Shown here: piece by piece, positions 1 to 9,595 of the stretch
Layout of the letters: every line of letters starts with the position of its first letter
Numbering within the stretch: position 1 is the first letter of the stretch
Source of the DNA: the human T2T-CHM13v2.0 reference genome, Homo sapiens
NCBI RefSeq assembly: GCF_009914755.1
Contig: NC_060947.1
Reading direction: 5' to 3' (one strand)
Length of the DNA stretch: 64,000 nt
Program-made: the position numbers and the translations under genes
Notes under the pieces: model-generated
The model's input: the letters and a program-made list of their open reading frames with translations, nothing else
What the model was told of the DNA's origin: nothing
Databases searched by the model: none

Positions 1-1118
1 TGCAAAGTTACCAAGCCAGATTTACCTTGTTTCCTAATATTGGGATGGAGATGAAGAGGGTGCTTCAGATAAGGAACGCAATCTTTGTGGTCACTGGAAA
101 GTAGTATATCTCTATTGCAAAGTAATAAATTAACAATCAAAGTACTATATCAGTTTTGAGATAATTTGATTGACATGAGCCATCACTGAGAGCCTGGGTA
201 TTCTGAGAAAGTTCAATATCTAGACCTAAAGCTCAAGGACCAAACTCTAGCTTAACAATTTGTTGATCCACTGCCCTATGAGAGTTCTAACCTGACAACA
301 TCTCCCCAAAACATCCCCCCAAAACATCCCCATCGCCTAAGAGTGGTGTTTAAATATTTCCAAGACAGCTTGTTGGTTTGGCCAATTTAGTCAATTGGCA
401 ATTTTGGATAATTTAGTCAAGCTATTTAATTTAGTCATATCAGTGGGAGAAATGTCAAATCATTTAGCTGATATTTGGAATGTAAACAAAAATATAGATA
501 ATTTTCATTTAAAATTTTTTTCCACCAGTTGGTTTATATAGCATTTGAGGATAGAACTAGGGTGCCTTTTGCAAGATTCTAGTCTGAACATGGTGCTCAG
601 GCCTGAAGCTGTCTTTGGGGCAAAGGGAAATTAGAACTCTCCCTTCTCCTTATGTTCTTGGGACCAGATTCAGCTGGAAGCAGCTGGTCTCAAGAATGTA
701 CTGAGTCTGACATCCATTCATCTCACTACATCAGTTTCACCTTAACTTACTTAATAGTCCTCTGTGTCACTTTTCATGTGATGCGTAGACAAAGAGGTAG
801 TTTGATGAAAATAATCACTCATGTTGGGCATTTCACTGAATTTTAAGCTGGTTTCTACAAAATGGCCAATCTGATTGTTATTTCTGAATAAAAGACCTTA
901 TTTTTTTTTCCATTTGCTTTAATTGTGACATTTCACAGACAGGCACAAAAATAATATGCAAAGATTCATCAATAATGGGCAATCTTCTTAACTACCCTCC
1001 TTTTAGAGACCCCCAGGTTAGGAAAAGTCCAGTGACAATTAAAGCAAGGCTACTCTATGGGTAAGTGAATTAAAGAAAAGTTGGTATAAAGTATGTACGT
1101 GGGTACATGGGTATGAAT

Positions 1119-1119
<1 letters not shown>

Positions 1120-1149
<30 letters not shown>
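1120..1149. repeat. (GT)15 microsatellite
   Basis: Pure GT dinucleotide run read directly, ~3.2 kb upstream of the AGTR2 start. Confidence 0.95.
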
Positions 1150-1150
<1 letters not shown>

Positions 1151-3083
1151 GAAGTTGAGAGAAGTGGCAATGATATTGGCACTCAGTGTGGTGGCTGGGG
1201 TTGGGGAAAGTTAAAATGACTCTGAGAGACCTAGATTAAAAAGGAAGACCCATATATATTAAAATCATTCCGTAATCTGTACCTCTAATCTTTACCTCTA
1301 TAACCAGGGCACTATGTCTAGAATTTTTACGCATTTTTGCATTTATGTATTTCTTTTCTCCTTTGAAGTTTCATCTGTGTGTGTGGGTGGAGGTGAGGCG
1401 GCAAATAAAATTTGTTCTGAACTCTGTAACCTTCTAGCAGAGGAAGAATTTCTCTCAAGAACATTTACTTTTTTAGCTTAGTCCTTTAAAATTTACTGTT
1501 AAGTAATCTCACAATAAACAACAGGTATTCATTAGAAAAAAATTAATTTAATGTGATTTACTATTTAATTCTGCTAGCTCAGCTACACTTGTCCTGCAGA
1601 GCTGCATAATTTATTCAAATGGCCTGAAACTTTTTAAGTAAGTCTACCAGCAGAAAAATTATTCCCTACTCCCAGGAGAATGAACTTTTTGTGTTGTACT
1701 GCTTCCCAGGACTGACACTTATTTGACTCTCAAGTGTATTTACATTGTTGGCTTAACTGGGAGTTCTTTGCTGAATCAATAATATACAGTATTTCTTCAA
1801 GTGGTGTCAATATTATTGCTATTCTTTTTATAAACTTTTTGTTAATTCTCTGCAGTTACAAAATTTTTCTTTGACTTGTGAAAAAATTTACTCCTAAGAT
1901 TATGAAGACGCAGAGTAAATGGCCCTTTAATCTTCTGGGAAATATGTACCTCTTTAAACTTTATTTATGTCAGAACTTACTGTAATGAAGGACAAAAGCT
2001 CTAGACAAGGTCCCCTGTTCCTTGTGGGTGTTCAAGGCTAGGTCTTCCGGAGACAAGCCTGTAGTTTGTTCTCATAATTTTATAGCTCACCTCCTGGCTG
2101 TTTCTTTGCAAGGGGCCTAAGAGGGTACAAGAAAAAGAGCAGGGTGAGAATCTGACCCATTGTGACCACTCGGGAGGCCCTGGCCTGGAAACTTCCCCTT
2201 TATGTGGCAAAAACAAACATTTGAAATGGAGGGAGAAACCAGGTTTAAACAATGAGTGAAAACAGTTTCCATCTCAGCTTTCCTGCTGATAAACATATGT
2301 GCCCCCTCATTTGTTTCCGAAACATAAGTTTTCCATCATTTTAACAGAGCCTCAGCCTCAACTGAATCTGTCCAGAGCATAGGAAACAAATATTTTGAGA
2401 TTTAGTAAAATGGTGCATACATATATTAGGGGCATTTTGACAATGTTCAAACTGTTTACCAAACAAACTTTATGATGGCCTATGCAAACCTTTGAATCCT
2501 ACTGTATTTTTCACGTAACGATGACTTCTCACTGATCTCATCTGCCTGTGTGCTACAGTATTGACTTTAATATTAATGGAGAAACAGACAGATATCAAAA
2601 GCCATGTGATTTGTCTCATGCCATTTGCAATTTTGTCTTCTGTCATCAACACTGACTTCTCCTTCCTTGTTCTGCTGAACTCCATACTTAGGTGCCCAGC
2701 TACTTCCTCAGAGCCTGCCCTCATTCTTTACCTGTGGCCTGCAGCATGGACAGGTGCATTCTTGCTGCTTATCTGAAAAATATGATCCACAGAAATAACT
2801 TGAATCTTTTTGCCCATTTAAAATGTGCTCTAGGTTCTCTGGTTCTCTGTACTAACTATAGAAAGCCATCTAGTCACAAGTTTCTCCTTCCTGTGGTCTC
2901 CATTTGGGCAATACAATTAAGAAAAATACGTTTCCCCACATAACAATTCTTCCAATTCTTTTCCCCTTCTTTGATGCTTTTATGATAGATTATGAATGGT
3001 CATCAGTGATTTTCTGTAAATGCCACGTTTCCTTTTTGCCAAGACAAAGAGTGAGACTAAGGGACCATCTAGTGCTTCCTCTT

Positions 3084-3232
3084 GTGGTATAGAGGCTAAA
3101 CAGCGTGAGTTCTGATATTAGTTTCCTTTGATTTAAATGCAAGTGTCTTCATTTAATAGCTGTATGATCTCAGAAAAGTTATTAAACTCTATGAGTCCTA
3201 GTTTCCTGATTTGTAAAGTGGGGGCTAATATG
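3084..3232 (+). mobile_element. MIR SINE fragment
   Basis: Degenerate MIR core: tagctgtatgatctcagaaaagttattaaactctatgagtcctagtttcctgatttgtaaagtgggg. Confidence 0.75.
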
Positions 3233-3239
3233 AATAGCT

Positions 3240-3502
3240 TGTAATAGCACCTACCATATGCTAGGCATGATTTTAGGCACTTTAAACATATTAGCTCATT
3301 TAATTTTCCATTAGCTTATTTAAAATTCCTACTCTACGATGTAGGTAATTTATATCATTCTCCTTTCTCAGATGAGAAACTGAGACATGAAGAAGTAAAG
3401 TAACTTGGCCAAGGTCAGAATTAGTAAGTGGTAGAGCTGGGTTTGTAAAGCCAGGTAGTTGGATCCCAGAGGCTATTTACTAACCAGTGTGCTATATTGC
3501 CT
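3240..3502 (-). mobile_element. MIR SINE, near full length
   Basis: Reverse-complement MIR core: cagatgagaaactgagacatgaagaagtaaagtaacttggccaaggtcagaattagtaagtggtagagctggg. Confidence 0.85.
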
Positions 3503-4301
3503 CTCTATTAAATTATTGATGATAAATAACTCATCACAGTGTTCGGCACATAACATTTATTGTCAGCTAGTATTATCACTACCATCACCTGTTCTTATCT
3601 TTCTTCATTTTGTCACTCTTGCTTCTGCTGGATTGGTTGTGTAGTTTATTGCCCCCACTGCCACAAGAGACAGCAGCAACAGTGATCTAGGTTGAAATAG
3701 CTAGCTAATCCCTCTTCACTTTATGTGCTTTGTATTTAAACCACAAATATGACAGAGACCTATGAAAGGAGACTAAACCTCTTTTTGGTCGTGTAAAAAT
3801 TATATTCCTGCAATCTCCAACCCTCCAGCAACAAGCCAACAAAAACTGCGCAAAGCAAGGGAGAAATTTTAGAAGTGGTAGACTTCAAGTAAAATTCCTA
3901 CCATTCTTTAATAAACAGGGGTAAAAATTTCAGAAAGTAATGAAGGTTGTGAAAGCTGATGAACAAAGACTTTGCTACTATAATAAATTTCCTAGTCTCT
4001 ACTCACTAATTTCTATTAGAATGCCAATATCAGGAAAAAAGGAAGAGAAAATTCTGTAAATAATTACTATATTTTTCTCCTACCAAGTAAGCCACTGACT
4101 TCAAAATTCTCTAGCACATTTGTGGAAACTTCATTTTTTTTGTTTGAGATTTATTTGAATGAGCTGTTATGATTGGAGACAGTGAGAATTTCAGATTAAT
4201 GTTTTGCAGACAAAAAAAAACCTCTCTGGAAAGCTGGCAAGGGTTCATAAGTCAGCCCTAGAATTATGTAGGTTGAAGGCTCCCAGTGGACAGACCAAAC
4301 A

Positions 4302-4307
4302 TATAAG
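4302..4307 (+). promoter_or_regulatory. AGTR2: TATA box of AGTR2 promoter
   Basis: TATAAG about 30 nt upstream of the inferred start of exon 1 (acgtcccagc). Confidence 0.8.
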
Positions 4308-4332
4308 AAGGAAACCAGAGATCTGGTGCTAT

Positions 4333-4400
4333 TACGTCCCAGCGTCTGAGAGAACGAGTAAGCACAGAATTCAAAGCATTCTGCAGCCTGAATTTTGAAG
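4333..4400 (+). other. AGTR2: AGTR2 exon 1 (non-coding)
   Basis: Ends at strong donor AAG|GTAAGT (4401); start inferred from TATA spacing and the known 3-exon gene structure. Confidence 0.85.
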
Positions 4401-4551
4401 GTAAGTATGAACAATTTATATATAATTTACTTGGAAAGTAGAACATACATTAAATGAAAATATTTTTTATGGATGAACTTCTGTTTTTCCTGTGTTTTAA
4501 CACTGTATTTTGCAAAACTCCTAAATTATTTAGCTGCTGTTTCTCTTACAG

Positions 4552-4611
4552 GAGTGTGTTTAGGCACTAAGCAAGCTGATTTATGATAACTGCTTTAAAC
4601 TTCAACAACCA
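4552..4611 (+). other. AGTR2: AGTR2 exon 2 (60 nt, 5' UTR)
   Basis: Acceptor tttctcttacag|G at 4551/4552 and donor CCA|GTAAGT at 4612. Confidence 0.88.
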
Positions 4612-5845
4612 GTAAGTCTTCAAGTGGAATTTATTATTGATTCTTTTATGTTAATTTGTTAGGTCAAAAGAAAAATCTTTAGAGCAAAATAAAAGTTTTG
4701 CTCTTTATTAGGAGGTTCTTTAGATATTACACTTTTAATTGGGTAGCTTATTTGCATGTATTTTGAAACTATCTAAAGTAAATAGTGTTTCCTTTGTATG
4801 CTTATCTTTAGCTAATGTGTTTTTTTTTTTGGTTTTAAAATAATGCTTCTAGTGAAAAAAATCACAAAAACCTCAACACTGTAACGTTTGAGAGCAACGG
4901 CTATTCAGTTCGGTTAAACCGAAAAGAGAGAAAAAGAAAAATGATAAGACTATATCATGATTAATCATTGATGTTCATTTCTCATTTCACTGAGCAATCT
5001 AAACTACTTCTACTTGAACCTAACATAGGTTTGGCTGTTTTTTTCTTTATCTGATTTAATTGAAAATGGATTGTTTAGATATTAAATAGACCAAAATTAG
5101 ATATCTATATCTAAAACTAATATTCTCTATTAAAAGGAGAAGACTTAGAAATATAAATATATTTCATAACTTCTTCTTAACTATATTATTATTGTGAAAA
5201 CAATAGAAAAGTAAAACTAAAGGAATTATTTTTAATTATTAAAGACAAACCATGATTCCCCATCACAATATGTTCCTTTGGCATATTCTCTTTTAGTTTT
5301 TTATATACTTATTTTTTCCATTGCTTATGTTACTTATATTTTCCACAGCTGTAGTGATTTGTATGTAATTAGTTACTTAAATAGAGCATTTCTCTATGCA
5401 ATAGCAAGCAGCAGTGTGGTTTCTAGAAAGTATACAAACAGAGATATATGCTCAAGTGTTTTTTGAAAGATTAACTTTTCTTACCTCTGGGTTTCTTATT
5501 TGTTTCACACATTTCCTGCCCTGACTAATCTTTTGAAATATTAATTTTCTTTAAATCTTTCAAAAACATCATAGAAAAGATGGGCAAAAGGTAGTTTTAT
5601 TCAGAACTTTGAATCTCTGAAATGTCTTTTTTCTACTATCAGGAAAATTATTTCTCCTTTTTCAAGAGGTAAAATGAATTCTTGTTTTACAAGCCATGGC
5701 TCTGTTTCTTAATGTTTTCTATAATCACTCACTTTTTTTTTGCTTTTGACAAACATTCAAAATGCTAATGATTCAAGGATGTCCTCAGCTCTGTATGTGT
5801 TCTAAGAGTTCTATGTTTTTTCTCCACAGAAGGCATAAGAACTAG
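4583..5845 (+). other. Spliced upstream ORF (14 aa, MITALNFNNQRHKN) spanning the exon 2/exon 3 junction
   Basis: ATG 4583-4585; 29 nt in exon 2 joined to exon 3 from 5830; TAG at 5843-5845, 19 nt before the main ATG. Translation not demonstrated. Confidence 0.55.
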
Positions 5846-5864
5846 GAGCTGCTGACATTTCAAT

Positions 5865-6956
5865 ATGAAGGGCAACTCCACCCTTGCCACTACTAGCAAA
5901 AACATTACCAGCGGTCTTCACTTCGGGCTTGTGAACATCTCTGGCAACAATGAGTCTACCTTGAACTGTTCACAGAAACCATCAGATAAGCATTTAGATG
6001 CAATTCCTATTCTTTACTACATTATATTTGTAATTGGATTTCTGGTCAATATTGTCGTGGTTACACTGTTTTGTTGTCAAAAGGGTCCTAAAAAGGTTTC
6101 TAGCATATACATCTTCAACCTCGCTGTGGCTGATTTACTCCTTTTGGCTACTCTTCCTCTATGGGCAACCTATTATTCTTATAGATATGACTGGCTCTTT
6201 GGACCTGTGATGTGCAAAGTTTTTGGTTCTTTTCTTACCCTGAACATGTTTGCAAGCATTTTTTTTATCACCTGCATGAGTGTTGATAGGTACCAATCTG
6301 TCATCTACCCCTTTCTGTCTCAAAGAAGAAATCCCTGGCAAGCATCTTATATAGTTCCCCTTGTTTGGTGTATGGCCTGTTTGTCCTCATTGCCAACATT
6401 TTATTTTCGAGACGTCAGAACCATTGAATACTTAGGAGTGAATGCTTGCATTATGGCTTTCCCACCTGAGAAATATGCCCAATGGTCAGCTGGGATTGCC
6501 TTAATGAAAAATATCCTTGGTTTTATTATCCCTTTAATATTCATAGCAACATGCTATTTTGGAATTAGAAAACACTTACTGAAGACGAATAGCTATGGGA
6601 AGAACAGGATAACCCGTGACCAAGTCCTGAAGATGGCAGCTGCTGTTGTTCTGGCCTTCATCATTTGCTGGCTTCCCTTCCATGTTCTGACCTTCCTGGA
6701 TGCTCTGGCCTGGATGGGTGTCATTAATAGCTGCGAAGTTATAGCAGTCATTGACCTGGCACTTCCTTTTGCCATCCTCTTGGGATTCACCAACAGCTGC
6801 GTTAATCCGTTTCTGTATTGTTTTGTTGGAAACCGGTTCCAACAGAAGCTCCGCAGTGTGTTTAGGGTTCCAATTACTTGGCTCCAAGGGAAAAGAGAGA
6901 GTATGTCTTGCCGGAAAAGCAGTTCTCTTAGAGAAATGGAGACCTTTGTGTCTTAA
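5865..6956 (+). CDS. AGTR2: Type-2 angiotensin II receptor (AT2), class A 7TM GPCR, 363 aa
   Basis: Intact ORF MKGNSTLATTSKNITSGLHF...REMETFVS; seven hydrophobic segments, DRY, CWLP and NPFLY motifs, N-terminal N-glycosylation sequons; matches the human AT2 sequence as I recall it. Confidence 0.99.
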   Translation: MKGNSTLATTSKNITSGLHFGLVNISGNNESTLNCSQKPSDKHLDAIPILYYIIFVIGFLVNIVVVTLFCCQKGPKKVSSIYIFNLAVADLLLLATLPLWATYYSYRYDWLFGPVMCKVFGSFLTLNMFASIFFITCMSVDRYQSVIYPFLSQRRNPWQASYIVPLVWCMACLSSLPTFYFRDVRTIEYLGVNACIMAFPPEKYAQWSAGIALMKNILGFIIPLIFIATCYFGIRKHLLKTNSYGKNRITRDQVLKMAAAVVLAFIICWLPFHVLTFLDALAWMGVINSCEVIAVIDLALPFAILLGFTNSCVNPFLYCFVGNRFQQKLRSVFRVPITWLQGKRESMSCRKSSSLREMETFVS

Positions 6957-8533
6957 ACGTGAGAGCAAAATGCATGTAATCAACATGGCTACTTGCTTTG
7001 AGGCTCACCAGAATTATTTTTAAGTGGTTTTAATAAAATAATAAAATTTCCCCTAATCTTTTCTGAATCTTCTGAAACCAAATGTAACTATGTTTTATCG
7101 TCCAGTGACTTTCAGGAATTGCCCATTGTTTTTCTGATATGTTTGTACAAGATTGTCATTGGTGAGACATATTTACAACCTAGAAGTAACTGGTGATATA
7201 TCTCAAATTGTAATTAATAATAGATTGTGAATAATGATTTGGGGATTCAGATTTCTCTTTGAAACATGCTTGTGTTTCTTAGTGGGGTTTTATATCCATT
7301 TTTATCAGGATTTCCTCTTGAACCAGAACCAGTCTTTCAACTCATTGCATCATTTACAAGACAACATTGTAAGAGAGATGAGCACTTCTAAGTTGAGTAT
7401 ATTATAATAGATTAGTACTGGATTATTCAGGCTTTAGGCATATGCTTCTTTAAAAACGCTATAAATTATATTCCTCTTGCATTTCACTTGAGTGGAGGTT
7501 TATAGTTAATCTATAACTACATATTGAATAGGGCTAGGAATATAGATTAAATCATACTCCTATGCTTTAGCTTATTTTTACAGTTATAGAAAGCAAGATG
7601 TACTATAACATAGAATTGCAATCTATAATATTTGTGTGTTCACTAAACTCTGAATAAGCACTTTTTAAAAAACTTTCTACTCATTTTAATGATTGTTTAA
7701 AGGTTTCTATTTTCTCTGATACTTTTTTGAAATCAGTAAACACTGTGTATTGTTGTAAAATGTAAAGGTCACTTTTCACATCCTTGACTTTTTAGATGTG
7801 CTGCTTTGATATATAGGACATTGATTTGATTTTTATTATTAATGCTTTGGTTCTGGGTTGTTTCCTAAAATATCTGGGTGGCTTAAAAAAAACTCTTTAA
7901 CTTGTAATAAACCCTTAACTGGCATAGGAAATGGTATCCAGAATGGAATTTTGCTACATGGGGTCTGGGTGGGGGCAAAGAGACCCAGTCAATTACATGT
8001 TTGGTACCAAGAAAGGAACCTGTCAGGGCAGTACAATGTGACTTTGAAAATATATACCGTGGGGGTAGTTTTACCCTATATCTATAAACACTGTTTGTTC
8101 CAGAATCTGTATGATTCTATGGAGCTATTTTAAACCAATTGCAGGTCTAGATACCTCCTTCTCAGCACTATTAAAGCTCCTAAGTTAGAGGAGTGCCTAA
8201 AACTGAGTTACCTAAAGTTTACTTACATTAAAGTATGAATATTAATTTTAGAAATTTGAGACTTTATTCTGTACCAGCCCTGTATAATAACAGGTTATCT
8301 AGGACCTTCCTCTGAGGTAGGTCTAAATACTGATCTCTGAGGCGGAACTAACGTTTTGGGGACTCAGCATCTCTGCCAGGTTCCAGGATTATAGACAGAA
8401 GAGTCCTGTCATACCACTTTCTGGAAAAGTCCTAATTTCATGTAATCCTTTTATTTTCAATAAAAACAAATAGCTAAATGTATAACCAACTATGATGTTA
8501 TGTTTTCAATAATTTTGTAAAACAGCTCATATA

Positions 8534-8539
8534 AATAAA
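8534..8539 (+). terminator. AGTR2: Distal polyadenylation signal of AGTR2
   Basis: AATAAA followed ~20 nt later by CA and a T/GT-rich stretch; other AATAAA at 7032, 7040, 7906 and 8459. Confidence 0.6.
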
Positions 8540-8599
8540 ATTTTTAATTGGAAGAACATTCGTGCTTTTAAAAAGTTTTTTTAACTACTTCTAAGTATA

Positions 8600-9055
8600 T
8601 ATTCTACTTCTAAGTATTCTTACCTTCTCTTGTATCTGTATCCTCCATTTTATCTCCACTGATACTACTTAGTTTCAGCTCCGATTATTACTCACCTGGC
8701 CTCTTGCTATACTGTTCAAGTCTTCCTCTCTTGAGTATTGAGCCATAATTTCCCATTAGCTATGAAAGCAAAATCCAACTTTCTCCGAGTCTGCAAGACC
8801 TTGGGAGATGTGACTCTTCCTAGTCTTTCTGGACTTTTTCTCTCTGTCACACCTCTTCAAACCCTGTGTTTAAGCATCAAAAAATGACTTAATGCTTTTT
8901 AAAGCCTAATGCCCTTTCGTGCCTCTCTGCTGTTGTTCACACAGCTCCATCTTACTAAACACCCCTCCAATCATTCTCACCTCCTCAGGGCCTCACATTC
9001 AAGTGATGAAAATCTGCTCAACTTTCGACATTCAGCTCATGCTATTTCCTCTACC
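8600..9055 (+). mobile_element. L2 LINE 3' fragment
   Basis: Pyrimidine-rich degenerate L2-like 3' sequence (tcctccattttatctccactgatactact...aaaatccaacttt...caagacctt). Confidence 0.55.
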
Positions 9056-9469
9056 ATAATAATAATTATTATACTAATTATAATACTACACCCCTAGAAT
9101 TTCCTTTAATGAACAGAATTGCTTCTCTAGTTTTTGGGATGTTAAGCCTGATGTCTGCTTTTATAGAAGCCCAATGTTGAACCCTGAGTAGTAGCCTCCA
9201 AGTGGTTTTTCTTGGGACTAAGAAGAAATGCCAGTTGAGAGGATGGTACAAGAATGTGTGAACTCTTGCTTTAGGAATGTATGTACAAAAGTGTACTTGT
9301 CCGCTTTTCTCTTTGAAAATGCAAATTTCAGGTAAGCTTCTCAGATAACAAATGAAAATGTTTTTATTCTCATTCGGCCACTTTTCAAGGTATTATGTAA
9401 TATCCTTTCTTTTTCATGACCCCACCTTTTCTCAAGTCACCCAACACAATGCCTGGGAAGTACATAACA

Positions 9470-9595
9470 TAACAACAGGTATTATTAGATGAGCATTATG
9501 TGCTAAGCAATATTAAATATGCATTGTTCCATTTTATTCTAAAAATTACTCAATGATTATTATTTTACAAATAAGGAAACTGAGGCACAGATGAT
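9470..9595 (-). mobile_element. MIR fragment
   Basis: ttattattttacaaataaggaaactgaggcacaga matches the reverse MIR core. Confidence 0.7.

Larger units (their letters stand above)
5830..8560 (+). other. AGTR2: AGTR2 exon 3 (end of 5' UTR, whole CDS, 3' UTR)
   Basis: Acceptor tttttttctccacag|AAG at 5829/5830; 3' end inferred from AATAAA at 8534-8539 followed by T/GT-rich sequence. Confidence 0.8.

Noticed and set aside
4034-4052. IRF-like purine tract in the proximal promoter
   Set aside because: gaaaaaaggaagagaaaa does not match the GAAANNGAAA spacing well; insufficient from sequence alone.
652-5466. Short ORFs (60-84 aa) upstream of and within AGTR2
   Set aside because: Chance-length, often non-ATG starts, no homology recognised.
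6159-7023. Antisense and alternate-frame ORFs overlapping AGTR2 (up to 136 aa)
   Set aside because: Shadow ORFs of the real CDS; no recognisable domain, promoter or splice support.
8304-8324. Small inverted repeat in the AGTR2 3' UTR
   Set aside because: Short, mismatched stem with a minimal loop; compatible with chance.
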